Source: Mytilus edulis
Lineage: Eukaryota
Direction of reading: 5' to 3'
NCBI RefSeq assembly: GCF_963676685.1
Contig: NC_092349.1
Location: forward strand, 49,786,001 to 49,850,000
DNA: 64,000 bases
This document shows positions 1-10,788 of the stretch, piece by piece. The notes under the pieces were generated by a model, which searched no databases, was not told the DNA's origin, and saw only the letters and a list, made by a program, of their open reading frames with translations. The position numbers and the translations under genes were made by a program. Position 1 is the first letter of the stretch, and each line of letters opens with the position of its first letter.

Positions 1-599
1 GTGTGGAACTCTTCTTGTAAGAAAACAAATAAGATAGAATGGCCAATTGTTGATGGGAGATGCAAAGCTTTGGTAAAGCTTGTGTGTGGAAAGAACTTAA
101 TATGTATAGAATGTGGAAGCGAACTTTTGACTTTGACCTTGTTTTTCCATCCTCCATTATTCAGACATTATGTACGTCCAGTTTACATCATTTGTTCTGA
201 TGACGATGGTTATTTTCAAGGGCCAGATGATGATGATTGTTCACCACAATGTGCCCAAGAAAAGATAACTCTTGCAGCCATGCTAATTCAGTCATTTACT
301 GCTGAAAAAATGTCAGAACATGGGTTCAAAAGAACTATATTCCAGCTTGAGCATGAAAAAGACAATGAACCGAGTTGTAAATATTCCAAAGTAAACCAAC
401 TTGGGATAAAGCTCATGACATGACGGTGACGAACTGTGGTCGTACTTTGCTCGGGAATTTATTGGGTTTGATTCAGCGTCAAAAGACGATTGTAAATGGT
501 TTTGTTTAATGTCATTTACAAGAAATTTCCCTCCAGAAAACTATGTGCCAAAAACTGATGGAGAAATATTGAAATCTACAAAAGGCCATACTGCTTTAG
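1..599 (+). pseudogene. Exon of YIL108W/SPAC607.06c-like putative zinc metalloprotease (Metallopep family), two -1 frameshifts
   Basis: Frame 1 gives WPIVDGRCKALVKL...YVRPVYIICSDDDGYFQGP...MLIQSFTAEKM..HGF. Frame 3 continues IFQSKPTWDKAHDM from ~381. Frame 2 continues DELWSYFAREF...KWFCLMSFTR...KGHTAL from ~428 to a G|GTAAG donor at 599/600. The 5' part lies outside the window. Confidence 0.75.
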
Positions 600-639
600 G
601 TAAGATGAAATTAATTATGATTTTTTTTAATTTTTCTTA

Positions 640-853
640 TTTTGGTATTTTAACACCACTTTCAAGCACTGCATTTAGGCTATTTTGTGGCGGGTAGTTT
701 TAATTGGTGGAGGAAGCCGGAGTACCTGGAGAAAATCACTGACCTTGGATAGGAAAACTGACAATCCTAGTCAATTAAGATTGGAGTCAAACTCACAACC
801 TCAGTGTTGACTGACCAGTAAGTGATTACAGTTTTAACTACTTAGCAGCTCGG
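640..853 (-). mobile_element. V-domain SINE (BivaV-like), degenerate
   Basis: The reverse complement contains the V-domain core GATTTTCTCCAGGTACTCCGGCTTCCTCCACCAAT. Confidence 0.7.
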
Positions 854-1964
854 TTTAATGTTTTAATTGATTACATGTGAGTCAAATGTAAGTTGGAAAA
901 TCAAAGTAAAAATGTTTATGATATTTCAAAAAGCTTTTTTTCAAACAAAATTGTGTTTAGATAAATTTTCCCACTTTGTTCATGGTCTAAATAATATATG
1001 AAAGAAAAGAAAACACAAAAAAACAATTACACTAACCCCACCCTCCTGCCTCACCCCCAAAAAGTTAATAAATGTGAATAATATATTTTGTTCACACTCT
1101 TTCATTGTCAAAATTTTATTTAATTACTTATATATTTATTCTTTGAATTAATAATTGATTTAAATGTTTGTCAGGTCTAATTATATATAAATAACTTGAA
1201 TTTGTGTTACCAGGGTTTCTCCATATTTTCCAAACAAAATAACAGGAAGTTTTTATCAAACACAAATGAATAGACTTAAACATGCGCTCATTTAAAATTC
1301 CTGTATTTTAACATTTGGAAATATTAAGTTTTAAGGTACAGTCAAATTGAATGCTAGCATTTATCATGTTTACATCTATAAAAGAAAGCGCAATGCATTT
1401 AAATAAACCTAAATTTTCAGTTTGAAGAAACTACTTTAAAACTAGGTCATGTGTATTACAAGCAGTAGGTGAATGATCCCATGAAATTTGCTAGACAGGA
1501 ATAAACAATAACATTCAACTACAAAATGTAAATATGCAATAAATGTGTTATAATAAGGGAATATTTTAGCCATATACAAGATACAGTAACATATTTATTC
1601 GTCAGATGCATGTATATTGGGGTCACAAAATGTTCAGAAATTATAAGGAAAAATTCTTGATTGTTTTACATTCAAGGGTAACATTAACTTCCCTGTGAGG
1701 CTTCTTAGGAGCAAAATTGGTAACCCAAGGGCAATTAACTAGCACTTATTTACTGTGTTGACTGTTGTGGCCAGCCCTGATTATTCTGATGAGGAGGATC
1801 AAAAACAGGAAACATTTTGGCAGACAAACTAAAGATTGGGGTATTCAAAGGAAAACTTATTAGTATTACATCGTAAGTTACCTGTAATTTTTCTATTGTA
1901 AATGATGGATTTTTGTACTACTCAGGCTTATATGATCTTATAATTATATTTAATTGTTATTCAG

Positions 1965-2097
1965 GTGGCGGAGGCCTAGCATTATTTGGGACAGGAAGTC
2001 TTCACACATGGGCGAGAAGTGTGGATGAAGTTAGTCAAAGATTTACAGATAACAGAAAGATAGACAGAAGAAAATTTATGGATTATAGTGCCTATAG
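1965..2097 (+). pseudogene. Metalloprotease next exon, copy 1 (GGGLALFGTGSLHTWA...FMDYSAY)
   Basis: TTCAG acceptor at 1964 in phase 1 completes GHTALG|GGGLALFG, a typical Metallopep motif. GT donor at 2098. Confidence 0.75.
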
Positions 2098-2400
2098 GTT
2101 ATATTCTTTCTTGTCATCAAATTTACCCTCTCTTTCCCCCTTTATTTTTTTGGTAAAATTTCTTTATTTTGTCAATTTTTGCAGAATTTGTCAGAACATT
2201 GTTTGTCGTGTCTGCATAGTGAAATTTAGAAATTACTGCTATCATTATTGCAATTTTGATACAACCAATCAAAAATCCAGATTTGAAATTACTACTATTG
2301 CAGGAAAGGCTGTATACAGTTAAATACATGTGTTGGACATCATGATGCAAGTTTTTATTATTGTGATACATTTTGTACTGCACCAAGACATAATATGTAT

Positions 2401-2655
2401 AGATATAGGAAGATGTGGTGTGAGTGCCAATGAGACAACTCTCCATCCAAATAATAATTTATAAAAGTAAACCATTATAGGTTAATGTACGGCCTTCAAC
2501 ACGGAGCCTTGGCTCACACCGAACAAAAAGCTATAAAGGGCCCCAAAATTAATAGTGTAAAACCATTCAAACCGGAAAACCAACGATCTAACCTATATAA
2601 AAAACGAGAAACGAGAAACACGTGTAAACAACATAAACAAACGACAACTACTAAC
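2401..2655 (-). repeat. Abundant ~250-bp interspersed repeat (AGATGTGG..GCCAATGAGACAACTCTCC..)
   Basis: Related copies at ~6551, 14841, 29200, 49290, 55138 and 57912 (same orientation) and at ~44520-44662 and 56600-56645 (inverted). This copy is contiguous with the PLE 3' UTR. Confidence 0.85.
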
Positions 2656-2728
2656 TACAGACTACTAGCAGTTAACTGACATGCCAGCTCCAGACTTCAA
2701 TTAAACTAACTGAAAGATTATGATTTCA

Positions 2729-2794
2729 TCATATGAAATCAGGCACAATCCTTCCAATTAGGGGTTTAGTATCATACCATCATAACATATATGA
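2729..2794 (-). promoter_or_regulatory. Eukaryotic SECIS element (form 2-like) in the PLE 3' UTR
   Basis: Minus strand reads UCAUAU-AUGUU-AUGAU-GGUAUGAUACU-AAA-CCCCUAAUUGGA-AGGAUUGUGCC-UGAU-UUC-AUAUGA. This gives a 6-bp helix I, an AUGAN/UGAN core, an 11-nt helix II with 10 of 11 pairs (3 G-U) and apical AAA. It starts ~50 nt after the RT stop codon. Confidence 0.8.
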
Positions 2795-2844
2795 GAAGAA
2801 CATAACCTGTGTCATGCCAACAACTGTTTTTAGAATAAATGTGT

Positions 2845-3561
2845 TTAGTTCCGATGCAAAGACCTTATCAGTGACTCAATATTAACGCCAAAATATGCAA
2901 TCTTTAATGACTTGGCAACAGTATCGTAATTATATCCCTTCTTAATAAGTCTATTCAAAGGTTTTGTAAGTTTCTGAGGTGAATACTGACACCTTTGTGC
3001 TTTATAAAGAATATTTCCATAAAAAAATGGATGTGAAATACCTGAACGTATTAGAAGTCTGCATGTTGAGCTATATTTACGAATGATGTCTTTAAACCGA
3101 TGATAAAATTTAGTAAATGTTTTGACTAGTTTGTGATATCGAAAACCCTGGTGTAATAATTTTTCAGTAATACATAAATTTCTCTCGTTAAAATCTAAAA
3201 CATTGTTACATACACGAGCGAATCGTAGAAGTTGAGATATATAAACACCGTAAGATGGTGACAAGGGAACGTCACCATCTAAAAACGGATAATTAACGAT
3301 AGGAAATCGAAAATCATCCCTTTTATCATAAATTTTAGTATTCAGCTTTCCATTAGTGATATAGATATCAAGATCGAGAAAAGGGCAGTGGTCATTGTTA
3401 GTATTAGCTTTATTTAAAGTAAGTTCAACAGGATAAATTTCATTAATATACATACTGATGTCGTCATTATTGAGAGCCAAAATATCATCCAAATATCTAA
3501 AAGTATTATTAAATTTGTTTATCAGATGTTGTTTCGATGGGTCTTTGCTTATTTTTGTCAT
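2845..3561 (-). mobile_element. Penelope-like retroelement (Naiad-type) RT C-terminal half, 5'-truncated
   Basis: Open 238-aa frame with FRYLDD, PFLDLDI, KIYDKRDDF and YGVYISQLLRFARVC. The ORF ends without a C-terminal GIY-YIG endonuclease. Confidence 0.9.
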
Positions 3562-4088
3562 AAATTATGAACTAAATGCATGCAAACATTTTATATGTCA
3601 TTATCTAAAAATTACAAAACAATTGAAATATTGAACTTTAGCAGTTCAAATAAATGTTGAAACATGTCTGCCAAAAACAATTGAAGTATTAACAAAGTTA
3701 TTTGAAACCATCTTGTGCATTTTTTTTTTTTTTGCTATTTCCTTATTTTTCATATTTTCATAATTTTGATCAGAGTGTTGAATTAAAATGTATTCTTTTA
3801 AGATCTGTGTTTCTTGTATAAATTTGATCATAAAGGAGGATATTTTAAGCATGACTATGTACTTTTAAAATTACTTGATATATTACGAAAGCCGAGCAGG
3901 ATCCTCTATATTTCACAGTTCAGAATTCCGACGTCAAAGAGTTGCTCCTGCCTCGTTTCAGAATTGCCTGCAAAGATATGAATTTCTTGTCTTAGGGAGG
4001 TATAAACAAACAATTTCTCTAAAACTGATATTATCAAGATTATTGATATTTTTAAACTTCTTGCATTCTTTTTTTTTTAGGTAGACAA

Positions 4089-5124
4089 ATGTCATTGTCA
4101 ACTTTACAAGGTAGGTATTTACTTAGTTCGCCTGCAAATCTTTAAATAATATGTACCATTTCTTCATTAAAAGCCATGTTTTACATTAAAACATAGTATT
4201 TCAGTTTGTTAAGTTAATTTATCAATCTTTTCTTGTTGTTCATAGGCTATTTCTATTTAGTTATAATGCTTTTACAATTGAATCAGTTGTTTCAAAACAC
4301 GTCCAATCATAAACAGTTTCTCGTCATAAACTAAACATTCGTCTGTAATTACACTGAAAACAAAAGAAAAATTTTATCATTTTGATTTAGACGCGTCATA
4401 TATGAACATGCGTGGTTTCCCAGATGTTTTAATGATGCAACCGATTAACAAATTAAATCTGTTATGAGAAATTTTAATACTGAAGGTGATAACTTAATTA
4501 AATTTCTCAGTTTTTTGGAAAACAGTCTTAAGCAATGTAAAAGGCTATTTGATGGACAATTCAGAAATCAGCTCTGATTAAATTTCTCGTAATGAAAAAC
4601 CATATCTTCAGGTTTCATGGCAGAAAATAATGGTGACATTATCGTAAAAACTACCTTGATAATTATCTGTCAAGATGTTGTAAAAGTCATAAAAATATCA
4701 CACATATCGTCGCTGGGCTTTCAAAATGTTGTAAATTACAAATTTTCCCAAAAAAAATATCTCACAATAATTTCTACCCTCATGTACTTTTTGTCTTGTA
4801 GTACCATATCGTATCATACAATATGATAAGAAAGCATTTCCAAGATTTCAACAAACACAACAGTGAATAACAGATATAGTTCAGGATTTGGATTTCTCCA
4901 TCTACAATTATGCAAAAGACTGGACCCTTAATACAGAAGATCCCCATATAGTTTTTTGTTATGGAACATCACCTCCCGCCATAGACGTGAACGAATTCGC
5001 CGTATTAAATGTACCTCTGGAAAAAAAGAAAAATCATACGTTAAAATCAATATCAGACGAGGCAGTGCCAGTTCTTTTGATTTGTGTGATAAAGAGATTT
5101 TCTTCTGGATGTTTAACGTATGAT
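4089..5124 (+). pseudogene. Truncated duplicate of the first two coding exons of the protease-fusion gene
   Basis: Exons 4089-4110 and 4802-5124 match 10789-10810 and 13501-13823. CGA>TGA nonsense change at 4864. No downstream exons in this unit. Confidence 0.85.
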
Positions 5125-6115
5125 GTATGTAATTGTTTAACTTTTGTCTTGTACAGCGAACGGATACTAAGGTCCATGAACATGAATGAAAGGCATATAA
5201 ATAACACTCCTTGTAAACTATGTCCTCTATAAAATGTGCCTTCACATTCTTTTTGTACTGTGACTTCCACACAAGATTAGAGCAGGACATTAAGTTTGGT
5301 TTGTTTATTGGGTTTCTATATTATTTCTTCCCTTTATCAATTACATTATATATTTCATATTTGATTGAACAAACGAATTTGTGTTAACAGGGATTTCCCC
5401 ATTATTTCCCAACAAAATAACAGGAAGTTTTTATCAAACACAAATTAATAGACTAAACAGGTGCTCATGTACAAAGTGTATGTGTTTGCAAGAAAATTTC
5501 TGTATTTTTACATTTGGAAATATTCAGTTTTAAGGTACAGTCAAATAATGCATTTAAATAAACCTGAATTTTCAATTTGAAGAAACTACTTTAAAACTAG
5601 GTCATGTGTATTACAAGCAGTAGGTGAATGATCCCATGAAATTTGCTAGACAGGAATAAACAATAACATTCAACTACAAAATGTAAATATGCAATAAATG
5701 TTTTATAATATAAGGGAATATTTTAGCCATATACAAGTAACATATGTATTTGTCAGATGCATGTATATTGGGGTCACAAAATGTTCAGAAATTATAAGGA
5801 AAAATTCTTGATCGTTTTACATTCAAGGGTAACATTAACTTCCCTGTGAGGCTTCGTAGGAGCAAAATTGGGAATCCAAGGGCAATTAACTAGCACTCTT
5901 TGACTGTGTTGACTGTTGTTGCCAGCCCTGATCATGCTGATGAGAAGGATCAAATACAGAAAACATTTTGGCAGACAAACTAAAGGTTGGGATATTCAAA
6001 GGAAAACTTATTAGTATCACATGGTAAATTACCTGTAATTTTTCTATTGTAAATGATGGATTTTTGTACTACTCAGGCTTATATGATCTTATAATTATAT
6101 TTAATTGTTATTCAG

Positions 6116-6248
6116 GTGGCGGAGGCCTAGCATTATTTGGGACAGGAAGTCTTCACACATGGGCGAGAAGTGTGAATGAAGTTAGTCAAAGATTTACAGA
6201 TAACAGAAAGATAGACAGAAGAAATTTTATGGATGATAGTGCCTATAG
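6116..6248 (+). pseudogene. Metalloprotease next exon, copy 2 (GGGLALFG...FMDDSAY)
   Basis: Duplicate of 1965-2097 with the same AG/GT boundaries. Confidence 0.75.
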
Positions 6249-8171
6249 GTTATATTCTTTCTTGTCATCTAATTTACCCTTTCTTTCCCCCCTTATTTTT
6301 TGGTAAAATTTCTTTATTTTGTAATTTTTTGCAGAATTTGTCTGAACATTGTTTGTCGTGTCTGCATAGTGAAATTTAGAAATTACTGATATCATTATTG
6401 CAATTTTGATACAACCAATCAAAAATCCAGATTTGAAATTACTACAATTGCAGGAAAGGCTGTATACAGTTAAATACATGTGTTGGACATCATGATGCAA
6501 GTTTTTATTATTGTGATACATTTTGTACTGCACCAAGACATAATATATATAGATATAGGAAGATGTGGTGTGAGTGCCAATGAGACAACTCTCCATCCAA
6601 ATAATAATTTATAAAAGTAAACCATTATAGGTCAATTTACGGCCTTCAACACGGAGCCTTGGCTCACACCGAACAAAAAGCTATATAGGGCCCCAAAATT
6701 AATAGTGTAAAACCATTCAAACGAGAAAACCAACGGTCTAACCTATATAAAAAAACGAGAAACGAGAAACACGTGTAAACAACATAAACAAACGACAACT
6801 ACTGTATATCAGATTCCTGACTTAGGACAGGTGCAAACATTTGCAGCGGGATTGAACGTTTTAATGATACCGAACCTTTTCCTTTTTTCTGAAACAATAG
6901 TATAACATCACAACATAGAAAAAAACACGATAAAATATCAATTAGAAGGCTTAACTCAATCAAAAAACGTAAATTAAAACACTATGAACGAATAAATTTG
7001 ATCTGCGATACCTGAATGCTAAGGCACAGTTAATAAAATATTAGGGACAAAAATTCAAGGCCAAAAAGCAAACAAACAAGTCCAAACAAAGCCATGGCAA
7101 GACACCACTGCGAAATATTTAACCCTTCGAAAATAATCACTTTGGAAAAAAAACAGTTTTAATAATTTTTACAGGTAAATGAAAAATAACTTTGTCGTTT
7201 TAGGTATACTACCTATGTGTATAAAATTCTTCTAATAATTAGAAAAACCAAGAACCTTCTGCCATATAAATACATAATTTATAATTAAGACTAGATACAA
7301 ATTTGGGTGAATATCAATAATAAAACTATACAATTAGAGCTAGCTAAAACTTCCCAAATATTTGTATAAACAAACACCTTTGTAAAATTTCCGAACTTAC
7401 TGTATCATGTATATATTGATTTTATTTTGAATGATCAATTTTTTTATGTTGACTTATTCAAGTGGAGATTGGGTTTTCTTGCCAATACTTTTTTCCAAAT
7501 AATGATTTTTTTTCACATTTCAATAGGAGATTGGAATTGGAGGAAATTTTCGGTTTTCTTAAAAACTAGGATCTTTTGAGGTCCCCTTTGTTACCTGGCC
7601 ATGCTGGCTGATATATATATATTTATCAAATGTTTAGTAGTAAATACAGTAGTTTTGAATATGTGATAAATAGCCTGCTGTTTAATCCATATCGCGCCAC
7701 TTTGATGCGCACCTTTTATCGCATATCCTTTATCACACCCCTACCCTTTATCGCATACCCTTTATCACACCCCTACTTTTTTTTTACATAGTCAGTTTTT
7801 ATTTATGTAAGCTTAAGAAATATTTTTCCTCAAAATAGGTACAGTCATTCGGTCGTGACGCAATTTATTGAATGACGTTATTGTTTGGTATGTAGATGTG
7901 ACGTCACGAACGTCAAGTTTTCAAAATATTTGGCACACTAAATGCAACTGTAAAAAATACAAAACACACAAAAAAATACAACAATAAACAAAATATTTTT
8001 AAAACAACAGCACTCAAATTATATGGTAACCCCGGTGCTTTGGATTAGTAATTGAGCAGTTCTTTTAAGGCTTTCAAAACAAGACAAAGGTAGAACCGTT
8101 ACTGAAGGTAACCCAGTGAACAGTTCATATAATATAACTCTCCTGTTGAAATATATGATAAAGCGTATAAA

Positions 8172-8296
8172 ACATGGAAAAATCCGTATCACATGCCGCA
8201 TCACCCTCGACCAATATCATCCCTTGGGTCTAAAGGCCCTTGGGCTGATATTGGTGTCTCGGGATGATACGACATATGCCTCGGATTTTGCCATGT
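8172..8296. repeat. Long imperfect palindrome, possibly a non-autonomous Crypton-like element end
   Basis: ACATGGAAAAATCCG...ACCAATATCA.CCC / GGGCTGATATTGGT...CGGATTTTGCCATGT arms around a short centre. Confidence 0.55.
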
Positions 8297-10788
8297 ATTA
8301 TTCTCTATACATGATGACCAGTTTGATATTTTCAATGACATATATTTGACAATACTTTACTCTGATAAACACTATGGCATGCTAAAACCTATTTAAAATG
8401 CTTTAGCAAGTTTTTCATTTTAGCTATTTACATTTATGAATATTAAAGGTATTTGTATTGTTTTTGCATTTCCTTAAATTACTATAAATTATGAACTAAA
8501 TGCATGCAAACATTTTATATGTCATTATCTAAAAATTATGAGTTTTATAGCCTTCTGAAAAGCCTGTAGACTAATCTTGGTTTTCCTGGTTCTTCAAAGA
8601 GAAGTTCAGAACCACTAAAATGAATATTTTTCTGCATTGCAATGTTAATGATACAATATTTTCAATCTTTTTGGTTCACTTCTCAATACTTGAAATAAAT
8701 ATTGAGCAAGTGTTTAACGACTTGTTCAAAATTATTTTATTTAATATTATATTTTGAACACAAAAGCTAATAATTTATAAGGATCAGCATACTTTTGTAA
8801 AGGTTTTGCACTTCAAAAAGGGCTGACTACTGTTTTGTATGATATTCAACGCTTCCAGAAGAATGGAAGAAGTTTATTGGGTCCACTTTTTCAATTTGAT
8901 TTTTTAAAGTTTGATTTGTCAATATAATGGATATTCATATAATATAAATCGATCGATCTAAAAAAGATAATAGGTATTTATGTGATTTTTTAAATCCCCA
9001 AAATAACATTAATATAAATAAACAAAAAGGAATAAACAGTATAAAACCTTTCAGAAAAGAAAATGTTTGTGTTGTTTAAATGTATACATTTTATATGTCA
9101 AATATTATGTACTATTATACTCGAAGTCAAGCAAGTCATATACATATGAATTGAAGAAAAATTAAACATTTGTAATGTATAATTATATTCAGATAAATCT
9201 TTAAATGTTATAAACGCAGCTTTACAATTTCCTTTAGCGTCAACTTTACGTGACAAGAACATACATGCTGAATCAATTTTACGACTTTATTTGAATGGAA
9301 TTGTACCTGTATAAATTGATAATCTAAAATCGATGTGTTTAGAATATTAAATCCTCTGCTCTACTGAGTTCTATTCAAACAAAAAAACAACATGTGAGTT
9401 GAATAATTGTACATTACTTTTCAACTGAATATCATGCTTTGCGTGACATTTGTGGTAAAACATGCTTCGTGAATCGAAGTAAAACTGTAAAGACAAATAT
9501 GATATGAAAAAAGACACCCAAGTGTTATCCAGACAATTTAAATGACTTCATAACAAATTACAAAGTTTAAATTGCATTTTGTGAAGAAAAGAAAAAGAAA
9601 ACCTGGTGAAACACAAAAAGACCCATTAAATTGTTTCTTCAACAAATATGTCACAATATCCTCTTTCATGGTGTTTTTGTTTCGGTTCGTCACTGGAAAG
9701 TGATGAAAATCTCATTCTAGACAAGGTACCAATAAATCCTTAAATTCTCGTAGTGGTTTCTTCACTGATTAACTAATGACTAATAAACTATATATTAGTA
9801 TTTAGAGTATTCTTACAAAATAAATTGTAGTAAGTCAAGAATATGACAGATGTTATCTATTCGTTTGATTTGTTTGAGCTTTTGACTTTGCCATTTGACT
9901 GTTCCTTTAGAATTTTCCAATTTCGGTATTTGATCATTTAACTTTTGAATGGGTGTTGTTTATTTATAAAATAAAAATGGTAATAGTCGTAATTTTAAAC
10001 AAACTTTGAACGCCCACATATTTCACATATGTGTATAGCAAATCAAAACTTTATGTTGTCATCTGAGCATTCACGACAAATACCCTCTTGCTTAGTCCCT
10101 TTTGTTGTTAACAAAATATCCACAATGTTGATGATGTCAGATTTAGGTTCTTTAATTTTAATCAGAGTGTTGAATAAAAATGTATTCTTTTAAGATCTGT
10201 GTTTCTTGTATAAATTTGGCCAAAAAGGAGGCTATCAATGCGTCAACATAAATCTAGAGTTCAACAGGTAAGGACATGTTATAAATAATATATTAATCAG
10301 AGGTGATAGCCTTCAAACAAAACTCAATACTTTAAATACACAATGGTTCATCCAAAGTATTCAATAAACAGTTTTCTTACAGTGGACAGTAACTTTATAA
10401 AATACAGAAGCACTGTTGTAAACAAGACTTTGAAAAGCAGAAAGTCGTTTTTTGTTGTATCGATCAATGGGTTTAGAAAGGGAAACAGTACCATACTTGT
10501 TCGAGGAAGAACTAATCAAGGCTAATAAACATGACCATGTACTTTTAAAATAACTTGATATATTTTGAAAGCCGAGCAGAATCCTCTATATTTTACAGTT
10601 CAGAATTTCGACGTCAAAGAGTTGCTCCTGCCTTGTTTCAGAATGGCCTGCAAAGATATGAGTTTCTTGTCTTAGGGAGGTATAAATCGTACTTCGATCT
10701 GATTCAAACCAACAATTTCTCTAAAACTGATATTATCAAGATCATTGATATTTTTAAACTTCTTGCATCATTTTTTTTAGGTAGACAA

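Noticed and set aside
2123-2679. ORFs such as MESCLIGTHTTSS and [14 protein letters not shown] (also 6243-6596)
   Set aside because: Translations of the abundant interspersed repeat and intron sequence.
4928-5290. Conserved 120-aa minus-strand ORF (also 13627-13989)
   Set aside because: Antisense shadow of the real + strand exon. The conservation is explained by the recent duplication.
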